Assembly: GCA_963794195.1 (NCBI GenBank)
Contig: CAWCCU010000002.1
Coordinates: 58,909-122,908 of the forward strand
Direction: 5' to 3'
Length of the DNA: 64,000 nucleotides
DNA from: an uncultured Acidobacteriaceae bacterium
GTDB taxonomy: Bacteria > Acidobacteriota > Terriglobia > Terriglobales > Acidobacteriaceae
Every line of letters starts with the position of its first letter. Within the stretch, counting starts at the first letter, position 1. Shown here piece by piece: positions 61,956 to 64,000 of this stretch. A model generated the notes under the pieces. The model saw only the letters and a program-made list of their open reading frames with translations. It was not told where the DNA came from and ran no database searches. The translations under genes were made by a program, and so were the position numbers.

Positions 61956-62083
61956 AAGGAATTACATGGTATCTCGAAAAACAAAGACTCTGAACAAAAC
62001 TCCAGTAAAATTAACAGTTTGAGTCGAGAGATTTGAGGAATGTGTCAGTTGGTTTAGCGCTAGGCCATGTTCCGTACGCAAGT

Positions 62084-63586
62084 ATGTTCAAGAAAATTCT
62101 CATCGCAAATCGTGGAGAAATTGCTGTAAGAGTAATTCGTGCCTGCCGCGAATTGGGTATCACTTCGGCAGCAGTGTATTCCGAAGCTGACCGCGCTTCG
62201 TTGCATGTGAGAAAAGCCGATGAAGCGTACTACCTTGGCCCATCGGCAGCGGCGGAATCCTACCTCAATATTGCAAAGATCCTGGAAGCTGCGAAACGCA
62301 GCGGCGCGGACGCGGTCCATCCCGGCTATGGCTTTCTTTCCGAGAACGCGAAGTTTGCCCGAGCCTGCTCGGATGCCGGCATAAAGTTTATTGGGCCGGA
62401 CGCGTCATCGATAGAAATGATGGGGTCGAAAACCCGGGCGCGCCAGCAAATGGAAAAAGCCGGCATCCCCTTTGTACCGGGAACTTCCCGAGGACTGGAT
62501 TCCGTTCAGCAGGCAGAAGAGGTGGCGGCCAAGATCGGCTATCCCATCATGCTCAAGGCTGCCGCCGGCGGTGGCGGCAAAGGCATGCGCCTGGTGCATA
62601 CGCAGGAAGAGCTGAAACCCGCGCTGGAAGCGGCCCGCAGCGAAGCGCAACGTGCCTTCGGAGACAGCGAAGTCTACCTCGAGAAAGCCATCATCAATCC
62701 CCGTCACATCGAGATGCAGGTCTTCGGCGACGAACACGGCAACACCGTGTATCTGGGCGAGCGCGAATGTTCCATCCAACGGCGCCATCAGAAAGTGCTG
62801 GAAGAAGCGCCTTCGCCGGTTGTCGATGCCGGCATGCGCCGCCGCATGGGAGAGGTCGCAGTGCGAGTGGCAAAAACTGCTCGCTACAGCAACGCCGGAA
62901 CAATTGAATTTCTGGTCGACCAGCAGAAGAACTTTTATTTTCTGGAGATGAACACCCGCTTGCAGGTGGAGCATCCCGTGACCGAACTGGTTACGGGTTT
63001 GGATCTCGTCCATTTGCAAATTCGCATTGCCGCCGGAGAGAAACTTCCCTTTACTCAAGAAGACGTGCTGATCCGGGGTCATGCCATCGAATGCCGCGTC
63101 TACGCCGAGGATCCGGACAACAATTATTTTCCCAGCCCTGGGAAAATTACCTTGCTGCAAGAGCCTTCCGGCCCGGGAATCCGCCACGACAGCGGCATCT
63201 ACGAAGGTTGGACGGTGCCCATCGATTACGATCCGCTGCTGGCTAAGCTCGTAGGCTGGGGAAACAATCGGGAGCAAGCCATTGCCCATTTGTCGCGGGC
63301 ACTCGACGAATATTTTGTGGGCGGCATCAAGACCAATCTTTCGCTTTTTCAACGCATCCTCAGTGATCTGGATTTTCAGGCCGGGAAAGTGGATACCGGC
63401 TTTCTCGACCAACTTTTGAAATCCAAACCTGCGAAGCGAAAGAATGATAATCCGGAAATCGCCGCCATCGCAGCCGGGCTGTTTGCCGCGATGGACTCCA
63501 CCGATCCGGCAACTGACGCCATGGCGCCAGCGGACGACGGACAATCAAGCTGGAAGCTGGCGGCGAGGAATGAGGCGTTGAGGTAA
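62084..63586 (+). CDS. accC: biotin carboxylase subunit (AccC-type) of an acyl-CoA/acetyl-CoA carboxylase
   Basis: Start taken at ATG 62084 (MFKKILIANRGEIAVRVIRAC). It has the ATP-grasp GYPIMLKAAAGGGGKGMR and EMNTRLQVEHPVTE. About 50 aa extra at the C-terminus. Confidence 0.88.
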   Translation: MFKKILIANRGEIAVRVIRACRELGITSAAVYSEADRASLHVRKADEAYYLGPSAAAESYLNIAKILEAAKRSGADAVHPGYGFLSENAKFARACSDAGIKFIGPDASSIEMMGSKTRARQQMEKAGIPFVPGTSRGLDSVQQAEEVAAKIGYPIMLKAAAGGGGKGMRLVHTQEELKPALEAARSEAQRAFGDSEVYLEKAIINPRHIEMQVFGDEHGNTVYLGERECSIQRRHQKVLEEAPSPVVDAGMRRRMGEVAVRVAKTARYSNAGTIEFLVDQQKNFYFLEMNTRLQVEHPVTELVTGLDLVHLQIRIAAGEKLPFTQEDVLIRGHAIECRVYAEDPDNNYFPSPGKITLLQEPSGPGIRHDSGIYEGWTVPIDYDPLLAKLVGWGNNREQAIAHLSRALDEYFVGGIKTNLSLFQRILSDLDFQAGKVDTGFLDQLLKSKPAKRKNDNPEIAAIAAGLFAAMDSTDPATDAMAPADDGQSSWKLAARNEALR

Positions 63587-64000
63587 TGCTTTACGACATC
63601 ATCATCGACGGAAAGAGCTATCGCCTCGACCTCACGAGCAAGGATGGCCGGTGGCAATGCCGCCTCGATGGACGCGACGTCGCGATCGATGCCATGCTCA
63701 CCGGGCACGATTCGCTGTCAATCCTGATGGAAGGCATATCCTACGAAATCAGACGCGAACGTACGAGTGCAGAGACCAACGTTTGGGTTGCTGGCTCGAG
63801 CTACAGCGTCGAGATTCGCGATCCCAGGTCCCTGCGCGCCGGCAAGAGAAAAGCCGGAGCTGAAGATGGGCCCAGAAATCTGATTGCGTCCATGCCGGGG
63901 AAAATTGTTCGAGTGCTGGTCGGCGAGAAGGCCGAAGTCGAGGCTGGTCAGGGGATCATCGTAGTAGAAGCGATGAAAATGCAAAACGAGATCAAATCGC
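63586..64000 (+). CDS. biotin/lipoyl attachment domain protein (BCCP-like), partial at window end
   Basis: Own translation from ATG 63586, which overlaps the accC TAA as TAATG: MLYDIIIDGKSYRLDL...SMPGKIVRVLVGEKAEVEAGQGIIVVEAMKMQNEIKS. It carries the biotinylation motif EAMKM. No stop occurs before 64000, so it is not in the ORF track. Confidence 0.8.
   Translation, partial: MLYDIIIDGKSYRLDLTSKDGRWQCRLDGRDVAIDAMLTGHDSLSILMEGISYEIRRERTSAETNVWVAGSSYSVEIRDPRSLRAGKRKAGAEDGPRNLIASMPGKIVRVLVGEKAEVEAGQGIIVVEAMKMQNEIKS

Noticed and set aside
62405-63544. 379-aa minus-strand ORF antisense to the biotin carboxylase
   Set aside because: It is a shadow ORF opposite a highly conserved AccC sequence.

Overview
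Origin-proximal chromosomal segment of a high-GC, Gram-negative-type bacterium. Gene content and the intergenic repeat families suggest Acidobacteriota; this is inference, not verified. Backbone order: a minus-strand block of membrane protein, jag, yidC, yidD, rnpA and rpmH, diverging from dnaA-dnaN. Then gyrB (minus), hpnH, mscL, an accessory stretch, gyrA, a second accessory stretch, rplU-rpmA-obg and a hybrid sensor kinase. Then nadD-rsfS-rlmH, cobO, accD-folC, plsC, thrS, pilT, tgt-yajC-secD-secF, tonB-exbB-exbD-exbD-TPR, and an accC-like biotin carboxylase with a biotinyl-domain gene. I call about 60 protein genes and saw no rRNA, tRNA or CRISPR array. Three things stand out. (1) About 20 one-nucleotide reading-frame breaks are concentrated in a few genes (dnaA, dnaN, a Ser/Thr kinase, a hybrid histidine kinase, secD, secF, tonB). 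Long neighbours such as gyrA, gyrB, thrS and yidC are intact. Because several hit genes are essential, I read these as sequence or assembly indels, not decay. (2) There is a dense population of short palindromic or word-repeat intergenic elements in several families. One composite copy sits in-frame inside tgt, and one forms the last codons of accD. (3) A visibly AT-richer three-gene islet lies between gyrA and the kinase gene: a small protein, a polytopic membrane protein and a DUF3800 gene. An Xre/RES toxin-antitoxin pair and a tandem pair of secreted paralogs sharing an uncharacterised C-terminal module are also present. I found no compelling evidence for a complete novel multi-gene system. 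The islet and the paralog pair are the best candidates and are offered as hypotheses only.
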